Below, in pieces: positions 1 to 13,798 of a DNA stretch of 64,000 nt. A model generated the notes under the pieces. That model did no database searches and was not told where the DNA came from. It saw only the letters and a program-made list of their open reading frames with translations. The DNA lies in assembly GCA_964016885.1 (NCBI GenBank), contig OZ024740.1, positions 323,144,001 through 323,208,000 of the forward strand, written 5' to 3'. How positions within the stretch are numbered: position 1 is the stretch's first letter; each line of letters opens with the position of its first letter. A program made the translations under genes and the position numbers. This DNA is from Eledone cirrhosa (lineage: Eukaryota).

Positions 1-80
1 ATTACAAGAGGCATGTGTTTGAGGAGTACTCAGCCACATGCATGTTAATTTCGCGAACAGGCTGTTCTGTTGATTGAAAC
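1..80 (+). mobile_element. 3' fragment of SINE family B (truncated by window edge)
   Basis: GGAGTACTCAGCCAC..GTTAATTTC..CAGGCTGTTC.GTTGAT matches the tail of the longer copy at 46215-46560. Confidence 0.6.
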
Positions 81-243
81 AGAATTAGTCATACGAAAAC
101 ACTTCAAATGAAATATACTTATACGAATAAAGAAGTGTTCAATTAGTTCGTGCCTGTGTATTATATAATAGATGTCCTCAAAATACGTATAACAGTGGTT
201 TCGTTAAAAATATTGTGTGTTGAAATATAAACATGCTGTCTTC

Positions 244-298
<55 letters not shown>

Positions 299-526
299 CA
301 TAAACAGAGAAAGCCTTAAGCGATACTCCGACCAACTCCATATATATATATATATAAATAAAATTTAATACACAAACGGCTTCCCATTTGTATATTAAAT
401 TTTGTATATACTCTACTAATGTATTGAGTACTTCACTTACTGTGGTTACCCCCGATTGAACTCAGGACTCATATGTACACGCACAGGCACACGCACGCAC
501 ACACACGCACACACACACACACACAC

Positions 527-586
<60 letters not shown>

Positions 587-850
587 CACTTCGTTTTGTA
601 TTTATTTTGCAGCATGTGTTGAAGCAGATATTGTTATATTTTGGGAAGGACATGCACCCAATAAAAACTACAGAAACCTGTTAGATTTTATGTCAATATA
701 TTATTATATATTCAATATATTATTAGTTTAATAGCTGGATTGCATCCGGTTATTGAACTAACCGACCGGGAAATTGTAATAATAAATTGAAGTGAAATCG
801 AACAAGTGCATGGGTTTTTTATTGGCAGCAGGACCCTTCGAAATATAACA

Positions 851-916
<66 letters not shown>

Positions 917-987
917 AATTCGGGACCTCGACGAATGAGCTCCGGCCGTTTCAACAGCTAGATCTAACTGGGGTTTACCACCCCCAT

Positions 988-1081
<94 letters not shown>

Positions 1082-1347
1082 GAAGCAATTGTTTTGGGGG
1101 TTTAAGCATGTTTTGTCTTTAATCATATCTACCACATGATAAAATAGTTGAAAATGAATCGGGGATGTAACAACTTATGGTGGAAAGAAGAGGACGGAAA
1201 CAAACCTTACATCTGCTATATGTCGGTACTGTCAAATAAAGCATATATACAAATATGTAGAAAGAGGGAGAGAGAGAGAGAGAGAAAATAGGCAGAAATA
1301 GCAGCATAAACATAGGGGAGATAAAGAAATTGTGAATGTGCAATTGT

Positions 1348-1423
1348 AGTGGTGGTGGTGGTGGTGATGGTGGTGGTGATGGTGGTGGTGATGGTGGTGG
1401 TGGTGGTGGTGGTGGTGTTGTTG

Positions 1424-1455
<32 letters not shown>

Positions 1456-1486
1456 GGTGGTGGTGGTGGTGGTGGTGGTGGTGTTG
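1348..1486. repeat. Compound (GGT)n/(GTT)n microsatellite
   Basis: Directly visible trinucleotide runs. Confidence 0.95.
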
Positions 1487-1635
1487 TATGTCTTTGCTGA
1501 ACTAAACTAAATCAATAACAGAGAGGGTCCCTGATCTAATATTGTAGGACGTTGGAGTAGAATTAGATACAAGTATCTCCACGGAACAATCTAGATAAAT
1601 TATAGCAATTATGATAATATGGGCTTATCTCTTAG

Positions 1636-1836
1636 TCTGTGTATTAGTGTGTGTGTGTGTGTGTGTGTGAGTGAGAGAGAGAGTGTGTGTGTGTGAGTGT
1701 GTGTGTGTGTTGGTGAATATGGGAATGTGTGTGGGTATGGGAGTATGTATGGTGTCTACAGGTGTGTATGTGTGTGTGTGTGTGTGTCTATATGGGAAAG
1801 TGTTTGTATGGTGTCTACAGGTGTGTATGTGTGTGT

Positions 1837-1879
<43 letters not shown>

Positions 1880-3096
1880 TATATGGGAAAGTTTATGTAT
1901 GGTGTCTACAGGTGTGTATGTGTGTGTGTGTCTATATGGGAGAGTGTATGTATGTGTGGAAATGACAATATACATATATGTGTCAGAATGTGTGTGTGTG
2001 TATGTGTGTATTTGTGTGCGCGTATGAGAATATCTGTGTATGTGTGAATGTATGTGTTTGTGAATGGGAATGTGTGTGTATGGATGTGTGTAAGGGAGAA
2101 TGTATGTATGGGAACGGCAATGTGAATATATATATAGGAGTGTGTGTGTATGTACATGTGTGTGTGTGTATGGAAGTGTGTGTGGGGAAATGTGTGTGTT
2201 TCTATGGGTGTGTGTGTGTGTATGACAGAGTATGTATATGTGTGAATGTATGTGTGTGTATGTATGAGAGTGTATGTGTGTGTGTGGCAGTGTATGTGTT
2301 TGTGTATGGGAATGTATGCGCCTATGGATGTGTGTGTATATATATGGGAAAGTGTTTATATGGAAACGACACTGTAAATATGTATAGGAGTGTGTGTGTG
2401 TGTACGCGTGTGTGTGAGAGTGTCTGTGTGTGTGGAAGTGTGTGTTTTTGTGTATGGTAATGTGTGTGTCTATGGGTGTGTATGTATATGGGAGAGTATT
2501 TTACGTGTGTATATATGTATATGTGTCTATATATCTGTGTATGAGCGTGTATGTATGAGTGAGTGTATGTACGTGTATGAGTGTGTGTGTGTATGTGAAA
2601 ATGTATGTGTATGTGCATATGTGTATGTGAAAATGTATGTGTATGTGTATGTTTATGTGTGTATGTGAGACTTATGTGTGTGTATGTGTGTATATGTGCG
2701 TATGTGTGTGTATATATATATGTGTGTGTGTATGTGTATGTGCGTATATATGTGCATGTGAGAATGTATGTGTGTGTATATGTATATGTGTATGTGTGTA
2801 TATATATATGTGTGTATGTATATGTGTGAATGTGTATATATATACATGTGTGTATGTGTGTATATATATATGAGTATGTGTGTATATATATATATGTGTA
2901 TGTGTGTATATGTGTGTATGTGTGTGTATATATATGTGTGTATGTGTGTATATATATATAAGTATGTGTGTATATATATATATGTGTATGTGTGTATATG
3001 TGTGTATGTGTGTGTATATATATGAGTATGTGTGTATATATATATGTGTATGTGTGTATATGTGTGTATGTGTGTGTATATATATGTGTGTATGTG

Positions 3097-3127
<31 letters not shown>

Positions 3128-3136
3128 ATATATATG
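1636..3136. repeat. Degenerate (GT)n/(GTAT)n satellite with recurrent TATGGGAAAG and GGTGTCTACAGG interruptions
   Basis: Directly visible; it generates the spurious VC/TH-rich ORFs. Confidence 0.9.
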
Positions 3137-3562
3137 TGGTGTTATTGAGATATTTCACTGTGATATCTACTCACCAGTAATTACAGCGATATGTGTTCAA
3201 TTCAGCTGAAGATAGAGATAAAGAGATATATCTATCAACGGGATATTGTAATTATAATTAATACTGATATAGAGAATATGTTGACAGGAGGAGATTTGTA
3301 CACACACTACACACATGCTTACACACACACACATGCACACACACATTTATATATATATATATAAACACACACTACACACATGCTTACACACACACACACA
3401 CACACACACATTTATATATATATATATATAAACACACACACATGCACGCACATTATTGTATCACGAAGCCGTTAATATGTTCCTGCGCCAGATCGCTTTT
3501 AAATGTGTGTGCGTGTATATGTTTATATGTATGTGTACGCATTTGTACATACACACACACAG

Positions 3563-3619
<57 letters not shown>

Positions 3620-3734
3620 AGGATTCAATAATATTGTATGTATGCGAAAGTTGTCGAGGAAAGACAATACAGGGAAACGATATTGTAGAATAAAGTTGTA
3701 TCTTTTTTTAACCCTTGATATCATGGTAGGAAAA

Positions 3735-3775
3735 GAGTTTCAAGGTTTCGGGCGTCAGTCTTTCATCAGAAGATA
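3735..3775 (-). ncRNA. Degenerate minimal type I hammerhead ribozyme (family D) in a Penelope-LTR-like remnant
   Basis: Minus strand reads TCTT CTGATGA AAGAC TGAC GCCC GAAA CCTT. Core boxes are intact but the stems are eroded; same layout as 52387-52422. Confidence 0.45.
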
Positions 3776-3841
3776 GAAGAAGAGGGAGAGAGTGTGGGTT
3801 GGTGAGAGAGAGAGAGGAGGAGACTGAGAGAGAGAGAGAGA

Positions 3842-3925
<84 letters not shown>

Positions 3926-4642
3926 AGGATGGAGTAAAAGAAATGAAAAACAAGGAAAAATCTTTTTATTGGAAAGCATGTGTGTATTTACTCATTTTGG
4001 GTAGTGTATGTCAGAATTTATCTGAGACAGAGTATTTTAAAAGGATATACTCCTTGTATATCTGTATGTGGGAAATTTGCGTGTGTGTTTGCATGTGTGG
4101 GTGCCTGTGTGTGTCTGTTTTTATGTGAATGGGTTGCTGTTTGGGGTGTAAAGGTGTGAATGTTCTTTCACGCCTGATCTGACCAACATAGGCAATGACA
4201 ATGGAGCATGGCTTGCTAGGCGTGTAGGTGTACATGTGTGTGTTTGCGTATATTTACACGCACACAGTTCACCTATGTATGTGTACTTGTGCGCCCAGAC
4301 ACAGGTAGAAGCGATCTCGTGGAAGAGGGGGGCGGGGGAGGGGCACATGCACGTCCGTTGCCTCACCTGATGTAGTAGGTATGGTCGAAAGAGAATCTGC
4401 AAAACATCACATCAAGTAGATAGATTAATAGACAGACAGGCAGCCATATTGATTGATAGATGGTTGAAAGATAGATAAATAGATAGACTAAAAGATATAT
4501 AAGTATAAAGAATGTAGTCAAGCGTAGAAATGATATAATAATTGCTTATAAAATAGGGTGACCACCATTAAAAGACGGGAAAAGAAGTTGCCATAGGCCC
4601 CTATGAGGAATTGAACCGAATATATTCCAAATGGGGTTCGTC

Positions 4643-4724
<82 letters not shown>

Positions 4725-5210
4725 AAAGAACGCTTTCCAGTCATGTTCGCAGCAGGTGAGAAAATCTCAAGGTCGGAAGGAGAAATTACCACGTGATACA
4801 CCGGTCAAGAAAAGGGACTGAATCCCTTGTAGCAATGAAAAATATCTCAAAGGCGGAGGGAGAAATTAATACATGATACAGAGGTTACAGGCGGGTGGTA
4901 AGGTTGACTGATAGTGTTTGCTTAACACTTAATACTTTCGGGTTAACTCGACCGTGAGGGAGTTTGAGACAATATCAGAATGAGAGACACATACATATAC
5001 ATATTTATACATACATACACACGTATATATTTTTTTGTTTTCCCAAGCAAGCATGTGAGTGTGTGTGGTGTCGACCTTAAACAGTTTTGCTCTATGACTA
5101 CGAGAGACAAAATAATCGAAATAATTAAATTGACTCAATATCAGAGCTATGTAACAAATTATAAAATAAGCAAAAGTAATAGACACTGATCACACATTCA
5201 CATGCTTGTG

Positions 5211-6236
<1,026 letters not shown>

Positions 6237-6262
6237 ATATATATATAAACTTTAATCTGTTA

Positions 6263-6307
<45 letters not shown>

Positions 6308-6309
<2 letters not shown>

Positions 6310-6476
6310 CTCCGGCAGTTTCAACAGCTATATCCGAACGCATAGTTCGGATATAGCTGTCGAAACGGCCGGAGCTCAGCCGTCGGGGTCCTGCCTCTTT
6401 TCCTATTACCCACTCTACTACCCTAAGTATCCAGTACTCTGGTGCGTTATGGTCCACCTGGTTCCTTACCACACCT
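6308..6476. mobile_element. Fold-back element family F3 adjacent to (TA)n
   Basis: 32-bp inverted arms 6308-6339 / 6345-6376; homologous segments at 912-980 and 7807-7950. Confidence 0.7.
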
Positions 6477-6619
6477 GATAGACATCCAGATTGACAGATG
6501 TATGTAAAGTGATAGCTGTAGTTATGTTCATATGAAGGTATCTGTCATAAGTAGATGGTTTGGTAGCATCTGTTCGATTCCTTCTATGTCAACAATTTCC
6601 GGTACATTATGTATGGGTG

Positions 6620-6795
6620 TTGGAATGGACCGCCGTCATTTTCGACGATGAGCGTTTCAGTTGTTCGATCATGAGTCCAACATGTAAGTGGCTGAGTATT
6701 GTACAGACACATGTAAGCTTCGCGAAATTCTAAGGAATGTTCAACTTAACATAGTGTTCAGTAATCCCGACCCTTTAAATTACAGGTACAGTCAA
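6620..6795 (-). mobile_element. SINE family B 3' part, decayed
   Basis: CATGTAAGTGGCTGAGTATTGTACAGACACATGTA is the reverse complement of the tail motif at 46460-46500. Confidence 0.55.
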
Positions 6796-6913
6796 TTCAT
6801 CGGGCTTTCAAATAGCTCCCACAATTTTTCTCACTAAGTATAGGTAACGAGGTAACTGACACTTACCTAAGCTGCCATGTGTTTACATATATGGAGTACA
6901 TCATAGTTATCTA

Positions 6914-7127
6914 CAGGGTGGGCCTGAATTCATGACTCACTTGATTATTTATAGATCTGTTAACACAAAATGGGCGAGCCGGCCACTCAACAGGCCGTCG
7001 TCTCTCAATCCAACGATCAGGGAAAATTTCGTTCAACCAGTCACGGACAATACAATAACAATAACAATAACATAAGTATGTTAAGAAATATAACCAACAA
7101 GCGAGTCATGAATTCTGGCCCACCCTG
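6914..7127. mobile_element. Tc1/mariner-type MITE, 214 bp
   Basis: TA|CAGGGTGGGCCTGAATTCATGACTCACTTG ... CAAGCGAGTCATGAATTCTGGCCCACCCTG|TA: 30-bp TIRs with 2 mismatches and a TA target duplication. Confidence 0.9.
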
Positions 7128-7578
7128 TATATGTTCTCTGAGAGGGTGAGTAGCTTAGTTGTTAAGGTGCTCGGTTCACGATCGCAAGGTTCTTATTTCA
7201 ATTCCCGGTGGTGTGGTATGGTGTGTCCTTGCGGAAGGTATTTTATTTCACTGGGCTCCAATTCACTCAAATTATAAAAATGAGTCGTACCTGTGATTCA
7301 AAGAGCTAGCTTCGTCACACCACAGTCGTCAGCTTGCATTTCCTCTACGTTATATGTGGGAATATATCATATATCTTTACGTCTTATCAACAATCAGAGT
7401 GGATGCGGTATGGAATGTATACAAACATTCAAGAGCTGCGTTGTTCGATTACCACGGGCGGTTGTGTTGCATGTTTCTATTATGTTTTGCTTTTATAAAT
7501 TCATAATTTAAGTTTAAGAATATCTTTAAAAATCTTAACCTTTTCTACTGCACTGATATCATATTATATATTATATAT

Positions 7579-7770
7579 AGGGCGGTGAATTGGCAGTATC
7601 GGTAGAGGGTTGGACGCCATGCTTTGATGCATAGAGTTACGGCCCTTGCCATTTTGAGTTCAAATCCCGCCTAGGTTAACTTTGCCTTCCATCCTTACGG
7701 GGTCGATAAAATAAAGTACCAGTAATGCACTGCGATAATTGCTGGCCTGGTGCCAAAAGTGAAACAATTA
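7579..7770 (+). mobile_element. tRNA-derived SINE family A, full length
   Basis: A-box-like TGGCAGTATCGG, B-box GAGTTCAAATCC, central TTTGCCTTCCATCCTTACGGGGTCGATAAAATAAAGTACCAG (resembles the Meta/MESC-type conserved SINE domain, from memory), and an ATT-type tail; more than 10 copies in the window. Confidence 0.85.
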
Positions 7771-8177
7771 TATATTATATATGGATTTTGTGTGTGTGTA
7801 TATATAAAGTGTGGTAAGGAACCAGGTGCACCATAAAGCACCAGAGTCCTCGACACTTAGGGTAGTAGAGTGGGGAAGAGGAAAAGGGCGTTCGGATTTA
7901 GCTGTCAAAACGGCCGGAGCTCAGCCGTCGGGTTCGTGACTCTTTTCCTATATATATATGTATATATATGTATATGTATATGTATGTATATATATGTGTG
8001 TATGTAAAGACCCACTTCAGTCACTACTGACCATGGGATTTTCACTATAAAATTCCGCTCCGAGGTACAAGCCCGGGCAGCGTACAACACACTGCCCGGT
8101 CCAAGAATCAACCTCACGATTGTTAGATCAGTTCTCTAACCACTAAGCCATGCGCCTTGGCACACACAAATACATAC

Positions 8178-8241
<64 letters not shown>

Positions 8242-8478
8242 AGAGAGAGAGAGAGAGACAGAGAGAGAGAGTGAGAGAGAGAGAAAGAAAGAGAGGAGAG
8301 CAAACATCGCCAGCACTCTATCTCAAAATTATTTTTGAAAAGCATAAGAAATGCGCAACCGGTAAAAACTTAAAACTAAAACTGAATACTAACTAATACT
8401 TATTACTAATTTATACTTATTTCTAATAAAACTATTTTTCACTGGGAAAAATTTGTCACCATTTTCTTTTCCTTTTTA

Positions 8479-8516
<38 letters not shown>

Positions 8517-8562
8517 CACATACACACTCACACACACATACATATGTATGTTTAACTATTTG

Positions 8563-8593
<31 letters not shown>

Positions 8594-8960
8594 CGTATGT
8601 ATATACAAGGACGGATGTGATATATTAATGGATATAGAATAATTATATTTAAGCAACAGGTGATGAAATTAAAAGCTTTAATCTAATTAATGGAGAAATA
8701 TAATGAATAAAATCACGTAATTTAATTAAGAGCCAATAACACTAATCTTTCAACCCTGCAGTTCCATTTGTATGTTAATGCACGTGATTAGATATCGACG
8801 TACCTTTTGTGGGAATCTAAGTAATAGAAAACAGAGGGGTCAATAAGATTAACAGCTAAGTGCCACATCGCAAATGAAGCAGCACTTAATGGAACAAAAT
8901 AGTGTATGAAATCATTGACAGAGCCGATATACACATATGTATTTATGTATGTATATATAG

Positions 8961-9012
<52 letters not shown>

Positions 9013-9078
9013 GTATATGTATATATATATAGAGGTATATGTATGTATATATATATATATATATAAATATATATATAA

Positions 9079-9109
<31 letters not shown>

Positions 9110-9115
9110 CATATG

Positions 9116-9155
<40 letters not shown>

Positions 9156-9194
9156 TGTATGCATATGTATAAACATATATTATATATATATATG

Positions 9195-9279
<85 letters not shown>

Positions 9280-10197
9280 GTATATATATATGTATATATA
9301 TATGTATATATATATGTATATATATATGTATATATATATGTATATATATATGTATATATATATGTATATATATATGTATATATATAAACATATACCTATG
9401 TATATATATATATATATATATCATAATTAGATTCCTCACCATTTATATCATAGTAACATATATTTGTTTACAATTATATAATGGGGTAGCTGTGCTATTT
9501 GCATATGTGTATTGTCTGTGTATGTCTGTGTGTGTGCGTGCGTATATATGTACATGAGTGTGATCGTATGTGCGTGTGTGCGTATGTTGAACACAGTATT
9601 GAAGTCAGAGTGGTATTGAACAGTTCAATACTGGGTCATGAGTTCAAATTCCTTGGTGGCACTCCATTGTATTTCTGAATGTAGCACCCTAATCAATATT
9701 TCTGCGTATTCGACCTAGTGATTGGAAAATGGTATCAGATCAATCAATATAATTTATCACACAATATATCTATAGATTTTTAGCTAACATTATATGCACA
9801 TGCAAATGTATTCATCTTGATTGTATATATATAATACGTTGAAAGCAGTATTGACTATCGATGAAACTAACCGATATTAAAGTAATCAGATTAATTCTTA
9901 ACATCTTGTAATGGGCTGAATGCAAATGACTAAAAACTGATTCATGAATTTAAATATTTATTGTCCATTTACAGGTGGACAGATATTTGTGAAAATTTGC
10001 ACTGTAAGAGTAAATATCTTACTGTTAAATATGCAGCAGTCATAGTACTGTTATATACTATCCAAGCATGTCTTGCAAATGTCTCTCTGTCACTCTCTCT
10101 CTTTCTCTATCCATCTATTGATCGATCAATCTCTCATTCAACCAATTAATTCAATCAATTTCTATATATATATATATATAGTTTTAATATAGATGAG

Positions 10198-10243
10198 ATT
10201 CTACAGGACTAGAACTGTTTCATTCATTAGAAATCATCAGGAA
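10198..10243 (-). ncRNA. Type I hammerhead ribozyme (family B), between (TA)n tracts
   Basis: Minus strand reads TTC CTGATGA TTTC-TAAT-GAAT GAAA CAG TTCTAGTC CTG TA GAA; stem III and its loop are identical to 60980-61030. Confidence 0.75.
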
Positions 10244-10267
10244 ATATATATATATATATATAAATGC

Positions 10268-10325
<58 letters not shown>

Positions 10326-10397
10326 CTTGTGGGATTCTTAAAGCGTCCATAAGCAGTAGGCCGTTGGAGTACTCGATGCTCTTAGAGAGCAGAGTAT

Positions 10398-10640
10398 AAT
10401 ATCACATAAGAAACGGAGAGTCAGTGTTGCGACGAATAAAATGTATTAGATATATTACAATCGTTTCTCTGGCGACCAGCTCGAGGCACGATCGATGCAA
10501 TGATCGAACCTGACTCTGAAATCGCAAGTTCTATCATTGCATCGATCTTGCCTAGAGCTGGTCGCCAGAGAAACGATTGTAATATGTCTAATAAATATTA
10601 TTTGTCGCTACACTGATTCTCCGTTCATTATGTGATATAT
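10398..10640. mobile_element. Fold-back element family F2 embedded in (TA)n
   Basis: ~110-bp imperfect inverted arms 10400-10510 / 10528-10638. Confidence 0.75.
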
Positions 10641-10673
10641 ATATGTTGATATATATATTTCATAAACTTCTTC

Positions 10674-10742
<69 letters not shown>

Positions 10743-10782
10743 GATATTGAACAAATGGAAACTATATTTATAAAACCATATT

Positions 10783-10848
10783 TATTTCATTATACATATT
10801 TCAGGGATACCATATTAAAAATATGGCATGCCTTCTTCAGATAAAGTA
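10783..10848 (-). ncRNA. Type I hammerhead ribozyme with long stem II (family C)
   Basis: Minus strand reads TACTTTAT CTGAAGA AGGCATGCCATATT-TTT-AATATGGTATCCCT GAAA TATGTATA ATGAAATA; AUA cleavage triplet. Confidence 0.75.
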
Positions 10849-10966
10849 CAATATATAAGCAGTTTTATAAATAAATTTGACGTACCATAAATATTGATCA
10901 ACTTCCATTTAAGAGGTTGGTTTGGTAGTGAAATGTTTATAAATATTTAGTGTTAAGCACAGTTAG

Positions 10967-11049
<83 letters not shown>

Positions 11050-11059
<10 letters not shown>

Positions 11060-11340
11060 TGTAGTTCCTGTCTGTTTGTTTGTCTGTTCACGAACTCCTC
11101 CTATGGTTTTGGAGATAGGCCCCCATAACCACATATATTCTGAAACTACATTGCCAAGGGTACTGGATAAGTATATTTAATTTTAATCAAAGGGATCCCC
11201 GGGGACACAAACCCCCGCTGAAAAATGTTTCCCTTCGATTTATATGAAATTTAAACCATAGGTAAATGACAAGATATGATGCCTATTCACAAAAGTTTTG
11301 AATTGATATTTTGAAAAAAATTATTTACAAGAAACAAAAT
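11050..11340 (+). mobile_element. Probable 5' fragment of a non-autonomous Helitron
   Basis: TATATATAAAG..CTGTCTGTTTGTTTGTCTGTTC start and a CGATTTATATGAAATTT motif, resembling the 5' end at 42570. Confidence 0.4.
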
Positions 11341-11466
11341 AAGAATAAGATTTAATAATGTAATTTTGATTTGATATATTACAAATATATTACTTCCAGG
11401 AAGCTCCAACCGTTAAGGTTGTCTTTTTTTCCGGGTATGTCAATATTTATTTATAAAACAAATCTG

Positions 11467-11531
11467 TATTTTATCTGATGAAAGCGCACCATAATTTGCC
11501 TTGGTTGCCCTTGAAATAATATAATAAAATA
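11467..11531 (+). ncRNA. Type I hammerhead ribozyme (family C), intact core
   Basis: TATTTTAT CTGATGA AAGCGCACCA-TAATTTGCCT-TGGTTGCCCTT GAAA TAATATA ATAAAATA: perfect 8-bp stem I, AUA triplet, predicted cut after 11523. Confidence 0.8.
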
Positions 11532-11882
11532 AATATGGTTTTATAAATATAGTTTCAATTAATTGAAACAATTAATATATTGTGTATTTACTTCACTAAT
11601 TTGTTGAGTGCTTTATATCAGTTATAAATATTTTTGAGCTCGTTGAATCCCAACAAATTAAATATAACCTCTGCATATATATATATATATATATTTGGTT
11701 ATATATATATATATATATATATGGTTATATATATATATATATAACCAAAGATTAGTATGGTTCGTTGATTACTCAACGAATACAATTTTACAATAGATTA
11801 GAAGCACTCAACCATAAAGTTTTCCTGGAGTTATTAATATTATTCAAAATGTTAACAAATGAAAAATATTCTCATAATCAAA

Positions 11883-11952
11883 ATATATACTTTATATATT
11901 TCTGAAAGGTACTGTGTTGTTTTTTCAGTACGTCCTCATCAGACAAAATATA
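11883..11952 (-). ncRNA. Diverged family C-like hammerhead ribozyme
   Basis: Minus strand reads ATATTTTGT CTGATGA GGAC GTACTG-loop-CAGTAC CTTTCA GAAA TATATA AAGTATAT; shares the upstream GGTATGTC and downstream GTTGAGTGCTT motifs with the other family C copies. Confidence 0.55.
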
Positions 11953-11989
11953 TGATTTGATATGACATACCGCCACGGTCTTGATTATT

Positions 11990-12042
<53 letters not shown>

Positions 12043-12375
12043 AAGAGAGATAGAAGAGAGAGAGATAGAAGAGAGAGGGAGAGAGACATACACATTTTAA
12101 AATTCTATTATTAATATATGCAGTATTTATGTATCCATTATTATAAAGTTCCCATATTACAACTCGTGTATTTTTACAGGAAACTCTTGAACAAAATGGC
12201 ACAGCGGGTAACAAAACGGTACAAAACATTTCCAAACTGCTAGGATATATAATATAGTAATTACCAATCCATTTTGAAGATTTATTGTTATTACTGAGAG
12301 ATTTTGGTTTAAACAATCCTTGTATGATATAAACTTTGAAATTAGTGATTTTGCTAGTTATCTAATTGACTAATA

Positions 12376-12552
12376 TAATTGTTTCTACTTTTGGCACAAG
12401 GCCAGCAATTACACAGTACATCACTGGTACTTTATTTGATCGACCCTGTAAGGATGAAAGGCAAAATAAACCTCGGCGGGATTTGAACTGAAACCCTAAA
12501 GGTACGTAACTCTCTGCTGGAAAGCATGGCGTCCGACCCTCTGCCGATACTA
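12376..12552 (-). mobile_element. SINE family A
   Basis: Reverse complement of 7579-7770. Confidence 0.85.
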
Positions 12553-13520
12553 ATATTACTGTGTATATCATTGCAGTGAGCTCTGCTTCAACATTCTTAC
12601 TAGCAATCATATGTTGATGGCTTATTTAATATTACTGTGTATATCATTGTAGTGAGCTCTGCTTTAACAATCTTACTAGTAATCAAATCATGATGACTTA
12701 TTTAATGTTACTGTGTCATCATTGCAGTGAACTCTGCTTCAACAATCTTAGTAGTAATCGAATGATGATGACTTATTTAATGTTACTGTGTCATCATTGC
12801 AATGAGGTCTGCTTTAACATTCTTAATAGCAATCACATTTCGATGGCTTATTTAATATTACTGTGTCATCATCCTAGTGAACTCTGCTTTAGCAATCTTA
12901 GTAGCAATCACGTTTTGATAGTTAATGTAATGTTACCGTGACAACATTACAGCGACCTCTATTTTAACAATCTGTAAGTTATCTAATTATGATGACTTAC
13001 AATAAGTTACTGAGTGACCACTACATTGAACTCTATTTTAACAATGTCATTTACAATATCACTTTGATCTCTTATTTGATATTTACTAAGCCATCATTAT
13101 AGTGACACCTGCATTAACAATCTTATGAGAAATCTAAAATTGCGATGACTTGTTTAAAGTTACTGTATCATCATTACCGTCAGCCCTTTTTTAACCATTT
13201 GCTAGTAATCTAGAATTGCGATGACTTATTTAAAGCTACTAAGTCATTACTAAAGTCATCTCTACCGTAACAATCTGGCTAGCAATCTAATTGTGATGAC
13301 TTATTTAAAATTACTGGCTCATCACTAAAATAATCTCTACCTTAACAATCTCGCTAGTAATCAATCTGTGATGAGTTATTTAAAGTTACTTAATCATTAC
13401 TATAGTAATCCCTATGTTATTAGCAAACCTGCTATCAATTTAATCGTGATGACTTATTTAAAGTTACTGAGTCATAATTACTGTGAGTCCTGCATTAATA
13501 ATGTTGTTAGCAATCTAATT
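12553..13520. repeat. Minisatellite, ~75-76-bp unit, ~13 copies
   Basis: TTACTG anchors at 12556, 12632, 12708, 12783 and onward; recurring GATGACTTATTTAA.GTTACTG. Confidence 0.85.
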
Positions 13521-13630
13521 AATCGTTTACAGTTTGATATATACAGTTTAGCTAGCCTATTACAAGATATTTTAGCTGGGGAAATGAATAACAATTATTG
13601 GATTAACGAGTCATCGAATTAACGACGTTG

Positions 13631-13643
13631 ACTACTACTACTA

Positions 13644-13689
<46 letters not shown>

Positions 13690-13744
13690 GCTGCTGCTGC
13701 TGCTCTGCTGCTGCTGCTGCTCTGCTGCTGCTACTGTTACTACA

Positions 13745-13784
<40 letters not shown>

Positions 13785-13798
13785 ATAATAATAATAAT
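13631..13798. repeat. Compound (CTA)n(CTG)n(CTA)n(AAT)n microsatellite
   Basis: Directly visible; it forms the left flank of the Tx1 element. Confidence 0.95.

Noticed and set aside
456-4800. Dozens of ORFs rich in YI, VC, TH, ER or SL dipeptides (also at 8.9-9.5, 30.6-36.8 and 54-61 kb)
   Set aside because: They are stop-free translations of dinucleotide microsatellites with no domain content.
6345-6400. Hammerhead in family F3 (GAAA CGGCCG palindrome)
   Set aside because: No CUGANGA box and no NUH triplet in any of the three copies.
12553-13520. Regularly spaced repeats suggestive of a CRISPR array (also 37420-37830)
   Set aside because: The whole unit repeats with no unique spacers, there are no cas genes, and the context is eukaryotic.
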